Assembly: GCA_965223905.1 (NCBI GenBank)
Contig: CBDCXV010000011.1
Span: 1,184,001-1,248,000 of the forward strand
Direction of reading: 5' to 3'
Length of the DNA stretch: 64,000 nt
Origin: Candidatus Latescibacterota bacterium
GTDB lineage: Bacteria > Latescibacterota > UBA2968 > UBA8231
Below the pieces are notes generated by a model. It was not told where the DNA came from and ran no database searches. It saw only the letters and a list, made by a program, of their open reading frames with translations. Below are positions 40,716-54,515 of the stretch, one piece after another. The position numbers were made by a program, and so were the translations under genes. Numbering within the stretch: the first letter of the stretch is position 1; every line of letters starts with the position of its first letter.

Positions 40716-41963
40716 TCAGGCGCCTTGCGAGCCGGGCCCATCGGCGCCCTCGTTCGTACGCCTGCTTACGGGCGCAGGCACCAGGGTCTCGGGAACCCCC
40801 AGCAGCAGGATCGCCGCGGCCGCGACCCCGACCCCGGAGACGGCGACCGGGGCCGCGGTCAGACCGAGAAGATCGGCGACCGGGCCGACGACGAGGGGGC
40901 TGCCGGCGTTGCCGGCGTCGCCGATGAAGCGCCAGACCCCGAGGAACTCCGCCCGCGCATTCCCGGGAGCGAGGTCGGAGCCGAGGGTCAGCATGGTGCC
41001 CGAGCCGATGCCGTTGCCGAAACCGATCAGGATCGCCACCGCGGCGAGGCCGGCGAAGCTGCCGGTCAGGGGGATCGCCGCGATCCCGACTGCCTGCACG
41101 AGAAAGCTGGGGACCGAGGCGAACTTGCGGCCGAAGCGGTCCATCAGCAGACCTGCGGGGTAGAACATCAGCATGTCGACGCTGTACGAGAGGCTGGTGA
41201 CCACGCCGATGTCGGCGGCGCCGAGGCCGAGCTGATCGGCTCCGTACAGGGGGATCAGGACGTTGCGGGCCGAGCGGATCAGCGACACGCAGAGGTGGGC
41301 GGCGCAGGCCGGCACGATGGCGTTGTGCTCCCGGATCATCTGCAACAGGACGCCCCTGCGGCGGCCGCCCGCGGACCGCCCGGTGCGCTCCGGCCCGTCT
41401 CCGGGGATCCACCGGGCCGCGGCCAGCAGCGCCAGGAAGGTGAGACCGGCGCAGGCGAGGAAGGGGACGCGCAGGCCGAATGCGGCGGCGAGGAACCCCC
41501 CGGCCGCGGGCGTGAAGAAGGAGGTCACCCGGTTGATTCCGCCCATGAAGGCGCTGGCGCGGCCGCGGCGGTCGCTGCGGATCGCCTCGGCGAGGAACGA
41601 GTGGCGGGAGATGTTCCACATCGCCGTGCCGATGCCGCCGGCGAACTGCACCGCCACCGCCTCGAAGACCGACTCCACCCACCACAGGCCCAGAAGCGAC
41701 AGCGAGACCACGAGGCCGCCGGCGAGCATGACCCGCTTGCGCCCCAGGCGCCGGATCAGCACCCCGACCGGAAGGTCGGCGGCGAGGTTGCCCCCGGCGC
41801 CGGCCGCCAGGATCAGCCCGACGGTGGCGTAGGAATCGGAGAACTCCCCGGCGAACAGCGGCAGGATCGGCAGCAGCAGGCCCCGCGCCAGGCCGTTGAT
41901 GACCGTGGGGGCGTAGAGGGCCAGCAGCAGCGAGCCGCGCGCCGGGGTACGGCTCCCCGTCAT
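40716..41963 (-). CDS. MFS transporter
   Basis: Multi-TM pattern; GLLMDRFGRK motif. Confidence 0.9.
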   Translation of the reverse strand: MTGSRTPARGSLLLALYAPTVINGLARGLLLPILPLFAGEFSDSYATVGLILAAGAGGNLAADLPVGVLIRRLGRKRVMLAGGLVVSLSLLGLWWVESVFEAVAVQFAGGIGTAMWNISRHSFLAEAIRSDRRGRASAFMGGINRVTSFFTPAAGGFLAAAFGLRVPFLACAGLTFLALLAAARWIPGDGPERTGRSAGGRRRGVLLQMIREHNAIVPACAAHLCVSLIRSARNVLIPLYGADQLGLGAADIGVVTSLSYSVDMLMFYPAGLLMDRFGRKFASVPSFLVQAVGIAAIPLTGSFAGLAAVAILIGFGNGIGSGTMLTLGSDLAPGNARAEFLGVWRFIGDAGNAGSPLVVGPVADLLGLTAAPVAVSGVGVAAAAILLLGVPETLVPAPVSRRTNEGADGPGSQGA

Positions 41964-42009
41964 CGATCGCGAATCGCCGCGGGCACCGCCTGGCGCCGCC
42001 GGCCCCGGC

Positions 42010-42402
42010 TCAAGCCATCGGCTCGCGGCGTTCGCACAGCTGCAGGGCGAGGCCCCAGGGGTCGCGCAGCATGGCCATGCGATCCCCCCAGGCGTTCTCC
42101 GAGACCCCGCCGAGAGCGGTGGCCCCGGCCGCGGTCAGGCGCTCGTGGTCGGTGCGGGCGTCGTCGCTGGCGAAGGCGATGTGCAGCAGCAGCGGGTTCA
42201 TCGACCCGTAGTCGGGGACCTCGTCCGGCAGGGCGCGGTAGATCTCGAGCATCAGGCGGCCGCTGCCGTCGGCGAGGAACCGGGTGTCCGCGGGCGGATC
42301 GCCGGCGCGCACGACCTGCATGCCGAGGTGGCGGCAGTACCATTCCGTCATGGCGACGGGATCCTCGACGTTGACGGCGAAGTGCTCGACGTGAAGTGCC
42401 AT
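42010..42402 (-). CDS. VOC/glyoxalase family protein
   Basis: Motifs HFAVNVEDP, HIAF and LRDPWGLALQL. Confidence 0.9.
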   Translation of the reverse strand: MALHVEHFAVNVEDPVAMTEWYCRHLGMQVVRAGDPPADTRFLADGSGRLMLEIYRALPDEVPDYGSMNPLLLHIAFASDDARTDHERLTAAGATALGGVSENAWGDRMAMLRDPWGLALQLCERREPMA

Positions 42403-42602
42403 GGAACAGCTCCTCTGAAGCGGAACTCCAACAGCCTGTTGAAAAGGTCCATCCGGGCTGCGCCCGGCCCTGGCCTGCAGAGCAACTTCATCAACGGGCT
42501 GCCGTGCGTTGTCGGTGGAATCTGCAGGCGCTACGTTCTTTTCGATTGAAGTCCGCACGCCCGCGGCGAGACCGCAAATATAGAAAACCCGCTCCCTGCC
42601 TC

Positions 42603-43649
42603 GTGAAGATCGCCGTACTGCTCTCGGGAGGAGTCGACAGCTCCGTCGCCCTGCGCCTGCTCGTGGAGGAGGGAGGGCACGAGCTGCGCGCCTGCTACCT
42701 GAAGGTCTGGCTCGAGGACGATGCGGTGCTCGCCGGCGACTGCCCCTGGGAGGAGGACGTCCGCTACGTCCGCGCCGTCTGCGAGCAGCTCGGCGTCCCC
42801 TTGGAGATCGTGCCGCTCCAGACCGAGTACCTCGAGCACGTGGTCGACCACGCCCTCGGCGAGCTCAGGGCCGGGCGCACCCCGAGCCCGGACATCCTCT
42901 GCAACCAGCGCATCAAGTTCGGGGCTTTCCTCGAGCGGGCGGGAGATTGCGACGCCGTCGCCTCCGGGCATTACGCCCGCGTCGGCCGGGAGAACGGCCG
43001 GGCGGTTCTGCTGCGCGCCGCCGACCCGGTCAAGGACCAGACCTACTTCCTGTCGAGCCTCTGCCAGCAGCAGCTGCAGGGCCTGCTCTTCCCGGTCGGC
43101 CACCTCCGGAAACAGGAGGTCCGCGACCTCGCCGCCCGTTTCCAACTGCCCACCAAGAACCGCAAGGACAGCCAGGGAATCTGCTTCCTCGGCAAGATCG
43201 ACTACCGCGAATTCGTCGCCCGGCGCCTCGGAAAAAAGGAGGGCGCCATCCTCGAGAAGGGGAGCAGCCGCGAGCTCGGCAGGCACCGGGGGTACTGGTT
43301 CTACACCATCGGCCAGCGCTTCGGCCTCGGCCTCGGGGGCGGCCCGTGGTACGTGGTCGCCAAGGACCTCGAGCGCAACCTCGTGTACGTCGCCCACCGC
43401 GACGCCGCGGAAACCCGGCAGCGCCGGCAGTTCCACGTCGACCGCGTCAACTGGATCTCGGGACCGCCGCAACGGACCGACCTGCAGTGCAAGCTGCGCC
43501 ACGGCCCCGGGACGACCGGCTGCCGCATCGATCCGGGGGCGGAGCCGATGGCCGTGACCCTGGAGCGCCCCGACCCGGGTATCGCCAGCGGCCAGCACGC
43601 CGTGTTCTACGACGGCGAGCGCTGCCTCGGAGGCGGGGTCATCGCCTGA
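42603..43649 (+). CDS. mnmA: tRNA 2-thiouridylase
   Basis: Motifs SGGVDSSVA, GRTPSPDILCNQRIKF, KDQTYFL and KDSQGICF. Confidence 0.96.
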   Translation: MKIAVLLSGGVDSSVALRLLVEEGGHELRACYLKVWLEDDAVLAGDCPWEEDVRYVRAVCEQLGVPLEIVPLQTEYLEHVVDHALGELRAGRTPSPDILCNQRIKFGAFLERAGDCDAVASGHYARVGRENGRAVLLRAADPVKDQTYFLSSLCQQQLQGLLFPVGHLRKQEVRDLAARFQLPTKNRKDSQGICFLGKIDYREFVARRLGKKEGAILEKGSSRELGRHRGYWFYTIGQRFGLGLGGGPWYVVAKDLERNLVYVAHRDAAETRQRRQFHVDRVNWISGPPQRTDLQCKLRHGPGTTGCRIDPGAEPMAVTLERPDPGIASGQHAVFYDGERCLGGGVIA

Positions 43650-43658
43650 TGCAGACAC

Positions 43659-44441
43659 GTGACTGAGCCCCATCCCAGACTCCTCGAGCTGCTCGAGGGG
43701 GCCTCCGACATCCTCGTCTTCACCGGCGCCGGGATCTCCACGGCGAGCGGCATCCCGGATTTCCGCGGCCCCCGGGGAATCTGGAAAACGCGCCGGCCCG
43801 TGTACTACCAGGACTTCATGACCTCGGAGCGGGCGCGCATCGAGGCCTGGGAGTTCAAGCTCGAGGGCTGGGAGCAGTTCCGCGACGCCAGGCCGACCCC
43901 GACCCACGAGGCGATCGCCGGCCTCGAACGCGCCGGCAAGCTGCTGATGGTGGTCACCCAGAACATCGACGGACTGCACGGCAAGGCCGGCACCTCCCGC
44001 GACAGGCTGATCGAGATACACGGGACCAACGCCGAAATCGAGTGCCAGACCTGCGGCGAGCGCTCCGATCCGGAGCCTCGCTTCGAATGGTTCAGGGCAA
44101 CCGGACGGCCTCCGGTCTGTCACTGCGGCGGGTTCCTGAAATCGGCGACGATCAGCTTCGGTCAGGACCTGGTCGCAGCCGACCTCGAGCGCGCCGCCGA
44201 GATGGCGGCAAGGACCGACCTGGCAGTGGCCCTCGGATCGACCCTGAAGGTGTACCCGGCCGCTTCCATTCCCCTGATGGCCGCCGAGCGCGGGGCGCCC
44301 TACGTTATCGTCAATCGCGGCGAAACAGGACACGACGCCCATCCCGGTGTCACCCTCCGGCTCGAGGGCAGCGTCGACGAACTGTTCGCCCCGGCATGCC
44401 GCGCGGCGTGCATGACCGGCAGCAATTCGGGAAACGAGTGA
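43659..44441 (+). CDS. cobB: Sir2-family NAD-dependent deacylase
   Basis: Motifs TGAGISTASGIPDFRG, TQNIDGLH and EIHG, plus Zn-binding cysteines. Confidence 0.92.
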   Translation: MTEPHPRLLELLEGASDILVFTGAGISTASGIPDFRGPRGIWKTRRPVYYQDFMTSERARIEAWEFKLEGWEQFRDARPTPTHEAIAGLERAGKLLMVVTQNIDGLHGKAGTSRDRLIEIHGTNAEIECQTCGERSDPEPRFEWFRATGRPPVCHCGGFLKSATISFGQDLVAADLERAAEMAARTDLAVALGSTLKVYPAASIPLMAAERGAPYVIVNRGETGHDAHPGVTLRLEGSVDELFAPACRAACMTGSNSGNE

Positions 44442-44442
44442 G

Positions 44443-45207
44443 ATGACGGAACCAGGCCTCAAGTCGCTGTCGCAGACCCAGCTCGACCAGTTTCACCGGA
44501 AGGGCTTCGCAGTGGTCGGTCCCCTGCTCGAGGAAGGGGAAGTGGGCGAGCTGAGGGAGGAGTACGACCGCCTGTTCGCCGAGGCCCGCGAGACCGCGAG
44601 GATGCGCAACCTTGCCAGCGCCGACGGAGAGGCGACCACCCCGGCGGAGGAAGAGATGCTGCAGATCGTGCAGATGTGCGAGCGCAGCATCATCTACCGC
44701 CGGCTCCTGTACGACGACCGCCTCCTCGATCTGGCGGAAGACCTGATCGGCTCCAACCTGCAGCTGTTTCACGACCAGGCCCTGTACAAGCCGCCGCGCC
44801 ACGGCGGCCCCATCCACTGGCACCAGGACAACGGCTACTGGCAGTGCGCGCCGGCGAACCTCGTCAGCTGCTGGCTGACCCTCGACGACGTGGACATCGC
44901 CAACGGCGCCATGCACCTGATCCCCGGATCGCACCTGCAGCCGGAACGGCACGAGCGCCAGGAGGGGACGCCGCTGTTCGACCTCGGCGACCGGGTCGAC
45001 GCGGAACGGGCCGAAGTGATCGAGCTGCCCGCGGGAGGAGTGATGTTCCACCACTGCCAGACCCTGCACCACACCCCGCGCAACACCACCGACCGCGAGC
45101 GCCGCGCCTTCGCCATCCACTACATGAACCCGGGAACCCGCTCCCTCAGGGACGGTGAGCACATGCCGGTGAGCTTCTCGCGCCCCCTGCTGCGGATGCG
45201 GATGTAG
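44443..45207 (+). CDS. phytanoyl-CoA dioxygenase (PhyH) family protein
   Basis: Motifs WHQD, NGAMHLIPGSH and TLH. Confidence 0.92.
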   Translation: MTEPGLKSLSQTQLDQFHRKGFAVVGPLLEEGEVGELREEYDRLFAEARETARMRNLASADGEATTPAEEEMLQIVQMCERSIIYRRLLYDDRLLDLAEDLIGSNLQLFHDQALYKPPRHGGPIHWHQDNGYWQCAPANLVSCWLTLDDVDIANGAMHLIPGSHLQPERHERQEGTPLFDLGDRVDAERAEVIELPAGGVMFHHCQTLHHTPRNTTDRERRAFAIHYMNPGTRSLRDGEHMPVSFSRPLLRMRM

Positions 45208-45218
45208 ACGGCGACGAC

Positions 45219-45725
45219 ATGAAACAGTACCACTCCCGCATGGACTTCCTGACCGTGCTGATCAACCTGCTGGCGGTCTTCGTCATCGACGCCGCGGCCC
45301 TGTTCGCCTCGTCGAAGGCGCTGGTGCGGGAATCCGGGCTCACCTCGTTCGGCCTCTTCCTCGGGGCGGTCTCGGCGCCGGTCGCCCTGATGCTCTTCTT
45401 CTTTCCGGTGCGCTACTTCCTCGGGAATTCCCTTCTCGTAGTCCGCAGCGGCGTCCTGCGCTGGCGCATCCCGGTCGAGAACATCCACCGCGCCGTGCGC
45501 CTGCGCAGCATCGTTCCCTCTCCGGCCCTCTCCCTGGAACGGATCCGCGTCGACTACTCGAAGGGGAACAGGGTCAAACGGATCTTCCTGTCGCCGGCCG
45601 ATCGCTCCGGGTTCCTCAACGACCTGGCGATGCTCGACCGCGGGCTCTCCCACGACCAGAACGGCCTCGTGAGGTGGGCCGGCAGGATCATGCCGCTTCA
45701 GGCCCGCGACCCGGAAGTCCGCTGA
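45219..45725 (+). CDS. bacterial PH-domain membrane protein
   Basis: Two TM segments plus SPALSLERIRVDY...FLSPADR. Confidence 0.8.
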   Translation: MKQYHSRMDFLTVLINLLAVFVIDAAALFASSKALVRESGLTSFGLFLGAVSAPVALMLFFFPVRYFLGNSLLVVRSGVLRWRIPVENIHRAVRLRSIVPSPALSLERIRVDYSKGNRVKRIFLSPADRSGFLNDLAMLDRGLSHDQNGLVRWAGRIMPLQARDPEVR

Positions 45726-45903
45726 ACCCAGTTCAAGAATCCCCAGGCCCCGGACTCGCGGCAATGCATCGGGCTGTCCGGGATACTCCTGATGAAGGTG
45801 GGCAATGCCCCGGCCTCGGGCAGGGCAGGGCGGATATACAGGGGGCTCGAACCGGTTTCCCAGGGCGCGATCCCGCCCGGGCATGGCCCGCCGCTTCAGC
45901 CGC

Positions 45904-46749
45904 CTACCCGGGCAGCTGCGCCCAGGCGGTTACATGGGGAGGCAGAAGCAGCGGGCGCTTGGACGCCACCACTTCCTGACGAACCCGCTCCGCCAGGGTG
46001 TCGACGTCGATCTCCTCAGCGGTCGCGAGCCCGAACTCCACAATGAGGGGCTGCAGGCTGCGAAAGCCGTTGGCGATGAACAGGTACCCCGCCCACGACT
46101 CCGGACCGCCGACCGGAGACTCGAAATGCATGTAGGGCTCCGGCAGGCCCGCATCGACGAAGGTGCGGTAGAGTTCGAAGCCCATGCCGACGTGCGCCCC
46201 GGAACGCTCGAAAACCCCGAGAGCCCAATCGATCAGCTTGTTGGCCAGGGGGGTATCGGGGCGATGCATCTGCCTGTAGGGAGTGAAGTCGACCTCCTGG
46301 AAGGCGACGATCCCCCCCGGGCGCACCCGGGCCGCCAGCTGTTTCAGGGCCTCGGCCGGATCGGCCATGTACATCAGGACCAGTCGGCCGATCAGCGCGT
46401 CGAAGTCGTTTCCCAGATCGAGGGTGCGCGCGTCCCCCGCTATGAACTCGACGTTGGAAAAACCGGCTTCCTGTGCCCGCGACCGCGCCGTCTCGAGAAT
46501 CGCCGGGTTGACGTCTACGCCTACGACCGAGCCTTCCGGACCGACAAGGTCCGCGGCGGTCGCCGCCACCTCCCCGGTGCCGCTGCCGATGTCGAGCACC
46601 TTCATGCCGCTGCCAATGCCCGCCTCCCAGAGAAGACGGCGGGTCACCGCGTCGTACAGCTGGGACTGCTGAATGAGACGATCCTCCTCCTCGCGGGTGC
46701 GTCCCATCGTGTATCTCGCATCGCTTCTCTCGCTTTTCGACTCGCTCAT
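45904..46749 (-). CDS. class I SAM-dependent methyltransferase
   Basis: Motif VLDIGSGTG. Confidence 0.92.
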   Translation of the reverse strand: MSESKSERSDARYTMGRTREEEDRLIQQSQLYDAVTRRLLWEAGIGSGMKVLDIGSGTGEVAATAADLVGPEGSVVGVDVNPAILETARSRAQEAGFSNVEFIAGDARTLDLGNDFDALIGRLVLMYMADPAEALKQLAARVRPGGIVAFQEVDFTPYRQMHRPDTPLANKLIDWALGVFERSGAHVGMGFELYRTFVDAGLPEPYMHFESPVGGPESWAGYLFIANGFRSLQPLIVEFGLATAEEIDVDTLAERVRQEVVASKRPLLLPPHVTAWAQLPG

Positions 46750-46944
46750 CGGGCTCGATTCTCCTCTTTTTGGGTTTCAGGGCGTCCATGGACGGGGTGC
46801 GGCCCGGGCTGCCAAGCGAAAGGCCCGGCAGTAGTTGGACAACCCCGCAGTTCGCGAGATGTTCCGGTATTTATAGTATCCCGCGGCAGGGAGTCAAACG
46901 CCGCGGCTCCTCCGGAAATGGCCCTGTTTGGCTGCCTCGACCGC

Positions 46945-47488
46945 ATGTCCATCACCGATACCACCCCGGAGACGATTCGTGACCAGCGCGAAGATCGACA
47001 GCGTGACCGTCCATCTCGAAGACCCGGCATGGCTCAAGTGGGCGCTTCCCCTGTCCCTCCTGTTCTTGGCGGCCGTTTCCGTCTTCCAGTACGCCACGGG
47101 ACAGCACCCGGTGCTGTGGCTGCTCGCAACGGCCCTCTCCTTTCTGGGCATACTCTTCGGGGGGCTGCGCCGTATGAGGTCGAACGAGGGCATGTCCGAC
47201 GCCTATCTCCGCGTCGACGCCGAGGGAATCCGGATAAAGCGGCTTCTGTCCCGGCCCCGGCGTTTCCCCTGGGAGCAGGTGCAGCGGGTGTGGCTGCGGG
47301 GTTCGGTTGTGGAGGTGGACCTGCGGGGAGGCCGGCGGGAGCGCTACGTGCTCAACCCCCGGCTGCAGGCCGCCGTGCGCCTGCAGGAGCTGCGCGACCT
47401 GCTTGGGCGCTACAGGGACCGCCACGAGTTCCTGCTGGCTGTAGATGAGGTTGAAGCTGAGAGCGGAAGCCCCCGGCCGATGGGCTGA
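46945..47488 (+). CDS. membrane protein with PH-like domain; its 3' end is duplicated beyond the CRISPR array
   Basis: Two TM segments, YLRVDAEGIRI..FPWEQV. Start uncertain (possible frameshift near 46945-46990). Confidence 0.65.
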
Positions 47489-47566
47489 GAGTCCCAAGGA
47501 CCACCAGGACGCCTATTGTCGATGCATCCCACAGGACCACAGGATACATTAACTGGAGAGGCCTCG

Positions 47567-47743
47567 ATGACAACGACCAGAACGCAGTTTTCACCCTGGG
47601 ATGCGGCGGATTACCTCGCGACCGATGAGGACATCGCCGCCTGCATCGAAGCGGCATTCGAAGATGGCGACGCGCGCCTGATTGCCGCTGCTCTCGGCGA
47701 CGTCGCCAGGGCCAAGGGGACTTGGCTTGGAGATCATGGGTAG
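47567..47743 (+). pseudogene. truncated addiction-module antitoxin (HI1420-like)
   Basis: FSPWDAADYLATDEDIAA..IAAALGDVARAKG; the HTH half is missing. Confidence 0.75.
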
Positions 47744-48131
47744 GTTTGCCGCCCAACTCGAAGTGGCTGATCCACAAGGCCGCCACTACGAAACAGTCGA
47801 AGTCATGGTGGACTCAGGGGCGACTTACACAGTCCTTCCGGCGTCGACCCTCGAACGCCTGGGCGTGGTTCCGCACGGCGCCCGGAGGTTCGTCCTGGCC
47901 GACGGCAGCCGCGTCGAGCGAGGCTTCGGCAGGACCTGGATGCGGCTCGACGGCCGCGAGGAGATCTCGCCTGTGGTATTCTGGGACGAAGGCGCCCAAC
48001 CGCTGCTGGGCGCGGTCACCTTGGAAATATTCAGTTTGGGCATCGACCCGGTGAACGGCCGCCTGATTCCCGTGGATGCCTTCATGCTGGAGGTGGCGAC
48101 CGGTCGAGCTCTCGGAGGAGAAGTGGGATGA
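47736..48131 (+). CDS. clan AA (retropepsin-like) aspartic protease
   Basis: Motif MVDSGATYTVLP...LLGAVTLE. Confidence 0.88.
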   Translation: MGRFAAQLEVADPQGRHYETVEVMVDSGATYTVLPASTLERLGVVPHGARRFVLADGSRVERGFGRTWMRLDGREEISPVVFWDEGAQPLLGAVTLEIFSLGIDPVNGRLIPVDAFMLEVATGRALGGEVG

Positions 48132-48149
48132 ATTCTGGCAACGACATGA

Positions 48150-51361
<3,212 letters not shown>

Positions 51362-51377
51362 ACGAAAAGAGCCGGCA

Positions 51378-51677
51378 ATGAGAGAACCCGACTTGCCAAG
51401 AGTCAAGGATGTCGTCGAAGAGACCTTGAAAGAGCGATGCGGCGACGTGTTTAAACTGATTGCGGTAAGGCCGGACTTCGATGAATACGGTGGCGAGATT
51501 CTTGTTATCAAAGCTGTCTTCAACCAGGACCGCCTCGGTGCTCAGCGAACCTCCGGCCTGATACGTCACCTGCGTGCCAAACTGGCGGAGGCGGGCACGG
51601 AAGCGTTTCCGGTAATCTCGTTCATCGCCAGATCCGAACTGAGGGACCGCGACCTTGAAGCCCTCCGATCTTATTGA
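51378..51677 (+). CDS. small hypothetical protein (possible antitoxin-like)
   Basis: 99-aa ORF; overlaps a possible truncated partner start (MKPSDLIE). Confidence 0.5.
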   Translation: MREPDLPRVKDVVEETLKERCGDVFKLIAVRPDFDEYGGEILVIKAVFNQDRLGAQRTSGLIRHLRAKLAEAGTEAFPVISFIARSELRDRDLEALRSY

Positions 51678-51701
51678 AAGGCGAAAGAATAAACGCCACC
51701 C

Positions 51702-52921
51702 ATGTCCAGACGCAGACTCCCCATCGGCATCCAGACCTTCCGCGAGATCCGCGGGCAGGACTGCTACTACGTCGACAAAACCCCGTACATCCGGCGCCTG
51801 GTCGACGGGGCCAAGCACTACTTCCTCTCCCGCCCCCGGCGCTTCGGCAAGAGCCTGTTCCTCGACACCTGCAAGGAACTCTTCGAGGGCAACGAACCGC
51901 TCTTCGAGGGGCTGGACATCCACGAGCACTGGGACTGGTCGGCGCGGCACCCGGTGGTGCGCCTCGACTTCAGCAGCTCCAACATCCGGACACCGGAAGA
52001 CGTGCGGACGGAAGTGGCGGCGCAATTGAGCGTCATGGAGAATCAAGCGGAGATACCCCCCCGCGACGACGACCCGTCCTTCCGTTTCGGGCGCCTGATC
52101 GAGGCGCTGCACGAGCGCAGCGGCCGGCGCGTGGCGGTTCTCGTGGACGAATACGAGAAGCCGATCCTGGACAACCTCGACACCCCCGAAACCGCCCGCG
52201 CCATCCGCGACTACCTGTTCGGTTTCTACGCGACGACCAAGTCGAGCGACGCCGACATCCATTTCAGTCTTTTTACCGGGGTTCACAAGTTTCCCCTGGC
52301 CGGACCGTTCTCCGGCCTCAACAACCTGATCGACATCACCCTGGACCCGCGCTATTCCGCCATCTGCGGCTATACCGATTCGGACCTGGACGCAGTGTTC
52401 GCCCCGGAGTTGCCCGGCCTCGACCGGGACGAGATCCGCGACTGGTACAACGGCTACAACTGGCTGGGCGAGGAGAAGGTGTACCACCCCTTCGACATGC
52501 TGATGCTCTTCGACAAGCGGGAGTTCGGCGCCGAGCGGTTCGAGACGGACGCCCCGGCGTTCCTGGTCGAAACCCTGACCGGTCTCGGGTTCCGCTCCAC
52601 AGATGCGGACGACATGCTAAGTAGCCAGGACCTGCTGTCCTTGTTAGACGTGGAGGATATGACGACGGAAGCGCTGCTGTTTCAGGCCGGCTACATCACG
52701 ATTACGAAGGATAGGAACCTTGGCGGAAACCTGTTCTGCTACATGGGTTATCCCAACCGGGCGGCGCGCTTTCGCCTCGACAGGGCACTGCGAGGGCGCA
52801 ATTGAAGGAGAAACGCTACGCCGACAAGTACCGCGGCTTGGGCCGGCCGATCTACCTGGTGGCCGTCGAGTTCAGCAGGGAGACCCGCAACCTGGCGGCC
52901 TTCGCCGTCGAGCGGGCTTGA
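51702..52921 (+). pseudogene. AAA-ATPase-like/PD-(D/E)XK paralogue 1, internally deleted
   Basis: LPIGIQTF, SRPRRFGKSL; lacks the nuclease core; C-terminal remnant in another frame at 52800-52921. Confidence 0.85.
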
Positions 52922-52944
52922 AGAGCCGGAACAAGCTGACATCC

Positions 52945-54492
52945 ATGCCCCGACGCAGACTCCCCATAGGCATCCAGACCTTCCGCAGGATTCGCGAGGA
53001 AAACTGCTACTACGTCGACAAGACCGCGTACATCCGGCGGCTGCTCGACGAGGGCACGCACTACTTCCTCTCCCGCCCCCGGCGCTTCGGCAAGAGCCTG
53101 TTCCTCGACACCTGCAAGGACCTGTTCGAGGGCAACGAGCCCCTGTTCGAGGGGCTGCACATCCACGATCGCTGGGACTGGTCGGTTCGCTATCCCGTCG
53201 TGCGGCTCGATCTGGGCAGCGGGAATTGCATCGAGCCGGGGCATCTGCACGAGGACGTGATGGCCCAACTGGAGGACGAGGCGGAAGCAGCCGGCATTGC
53301 GACCCGCTACGACACCGCGCCAGCCCGTTTCCGCCACCTGATCCGGGCGCTGCACCGGCAGGTCGGCCAGCCCGTTGTCGTGCTGGTCGATGAGTATGAC
53401 AAGCCGATCCTGGACGCGCTGGAAAGGCCCGACGTCGCCCGCGCCAACCGGGACTATCTGCGCGGCCTCTACGCGACGATCAAGTCCAGCGACGCCCACG
53501 TCCGGTTCACCTTGCTCACGGGCGTCAGCAAGTTCTCCAAGGTCAGCCTGTTCTCCGGCCTCAACAACCTCAAGGACATCACCCTGGACCCGCGCTATTC
53601 CGCCATCTGCGGCTATACCGAGGCCGACCTGGATACCGTGTTCGCGCCGGAGTTGCCCGGCCTCGACCGGGACCAGATCCGCGACTGGTACAACGGCTAC
53701 AGTTGGCTCGGCGAGGAGAACGTGTACAACCCCTTCGACATCCTGCTGCTCTTCGACAGCCGCAAGTTCAAGGCCCACTGGTTCGAGACCGGTACGCCCT
53801 CGTTTCTGGTCGAAACCCTGTTCCGGCGCCGGATCGGCTCCTTGTCCCTGGAAAACATGGTGGGCACCGACGATCTGCTGTCGAAGTTCGACGTCGACGA
53901 CATCGCCACCGAGGCGCTTCTGTTCCAGACCGGCTATCTCACCATCGCCCGCGCCGAGCCGCGCGGCGGGGAGATGTTCTATCGTCTGGGCTACCCGAAC
54001 CGGGAGGTTCGGCAGAGCCTGAACCGAAGCCTTCTGAATCACCTGACGGGAAGCCCGCCGCAGCAGTCGGAGCACAGAGCCCGGCTCCACGACCTGCTGC
54101 TCGCCAACGACTTCGCCGGGCTCGAGACCCTGTTCCGCGCCTTCTTCGCCAGTATCCCCTACGAGTGGTACACCCGCAACGACATCTCCCGCTACGAGGG
54201 CTACTACGCCAGCGTGTTCTACTCGTACTTCGCGGCCCTGGAATCGGACGTCACCGTCGAGGACAGCAGCAGCCACGGCCGCCTCGACATGGCGGTCCGC
54301 TTCAACGACAGCGTCTACCTCTTCGAGTTCAAGGTGGTCGAGATGGCCCCGGAGGGCGCGGCCATGGCGCAGTTGAAGGAGAGGCGCTACGCCGACAAGT
54401 ACCGCGCCCCGGGCCAGCCCATCTACCTGATTGCCGTCGAGTTCAGCAGGGAAGCCCGCAATCTGGCGGCCTTCGACGTCGAGCGGGTCTGA
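52945..54492 (+). CDS. AAA-ATPase-like plus PD-(D/E)XK (DUF1703) protein, paralogue 2
   Basis: Motifs RPRRFGKS, VDEYDKP and GRLDMAV..FEFK. Confidence 0.92.
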   Translation: MPRRRLPIGIQTFRRIREENCYYVDKTAYIRRLLDEGTHYFLSRPRRFGKSLFLDTCKDLFEGNEPLFEGLHIHDRWDWSVRYPVVRLDLGSGNCIEPGHLHEDVMAQLEDEAEAAGIATRYDTAPARFRHLIRALHRQVGQPVVVLVDEYDKPILDALERPDVARANRDYLRGLYATIKSSDAHVRFTLLTGVSKFSKVSLFSGLNNLKDITLDPRYSAICGYTEADLDTVFAPELPGLDRDQIRDWYNGYSWLGEENVYNPFDILLLFDSRKFKAHWFETGTPSFLVETLFRRRIGSLSLENMVGTDDLLSKFDVDDIATEALLFQTGYLTIARAEPRGGEMFYRLGYPNREVRQSLNRSLLNHLTGSPPQQSEHRARLHDLLLANDFAGLETLFRAFFASIPYEWYTRNDISRYEGYYASVFYSYFAALESDVTVEDSSSHGRLDMAVRFNDSVYLFEFKVVEMAPEGAAMAQLKERRYADKYRAPGQPIYLIAVEFSREARNLAAFDVERV

Positions 54493-54515
54493 GGATCCAG
54501 AACAAGGTGATGGCC

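Noticed and set aside
40387-41685. 905-aa version of the hydrolase-kinase ORF
   Set aside because: The N-terminal extension overlaps the MFS gene out of frame; the real start is about 40386.
25306-47448. Long antisense or alternate-frame ORFs (e.g. 25306-27396, 38467-40449, 42531-44462, 45805-47448)
   Set aside because: Shadow ORFs of high-GC genes, Arg/Pro/Gly-rich with no recognisable motifs.
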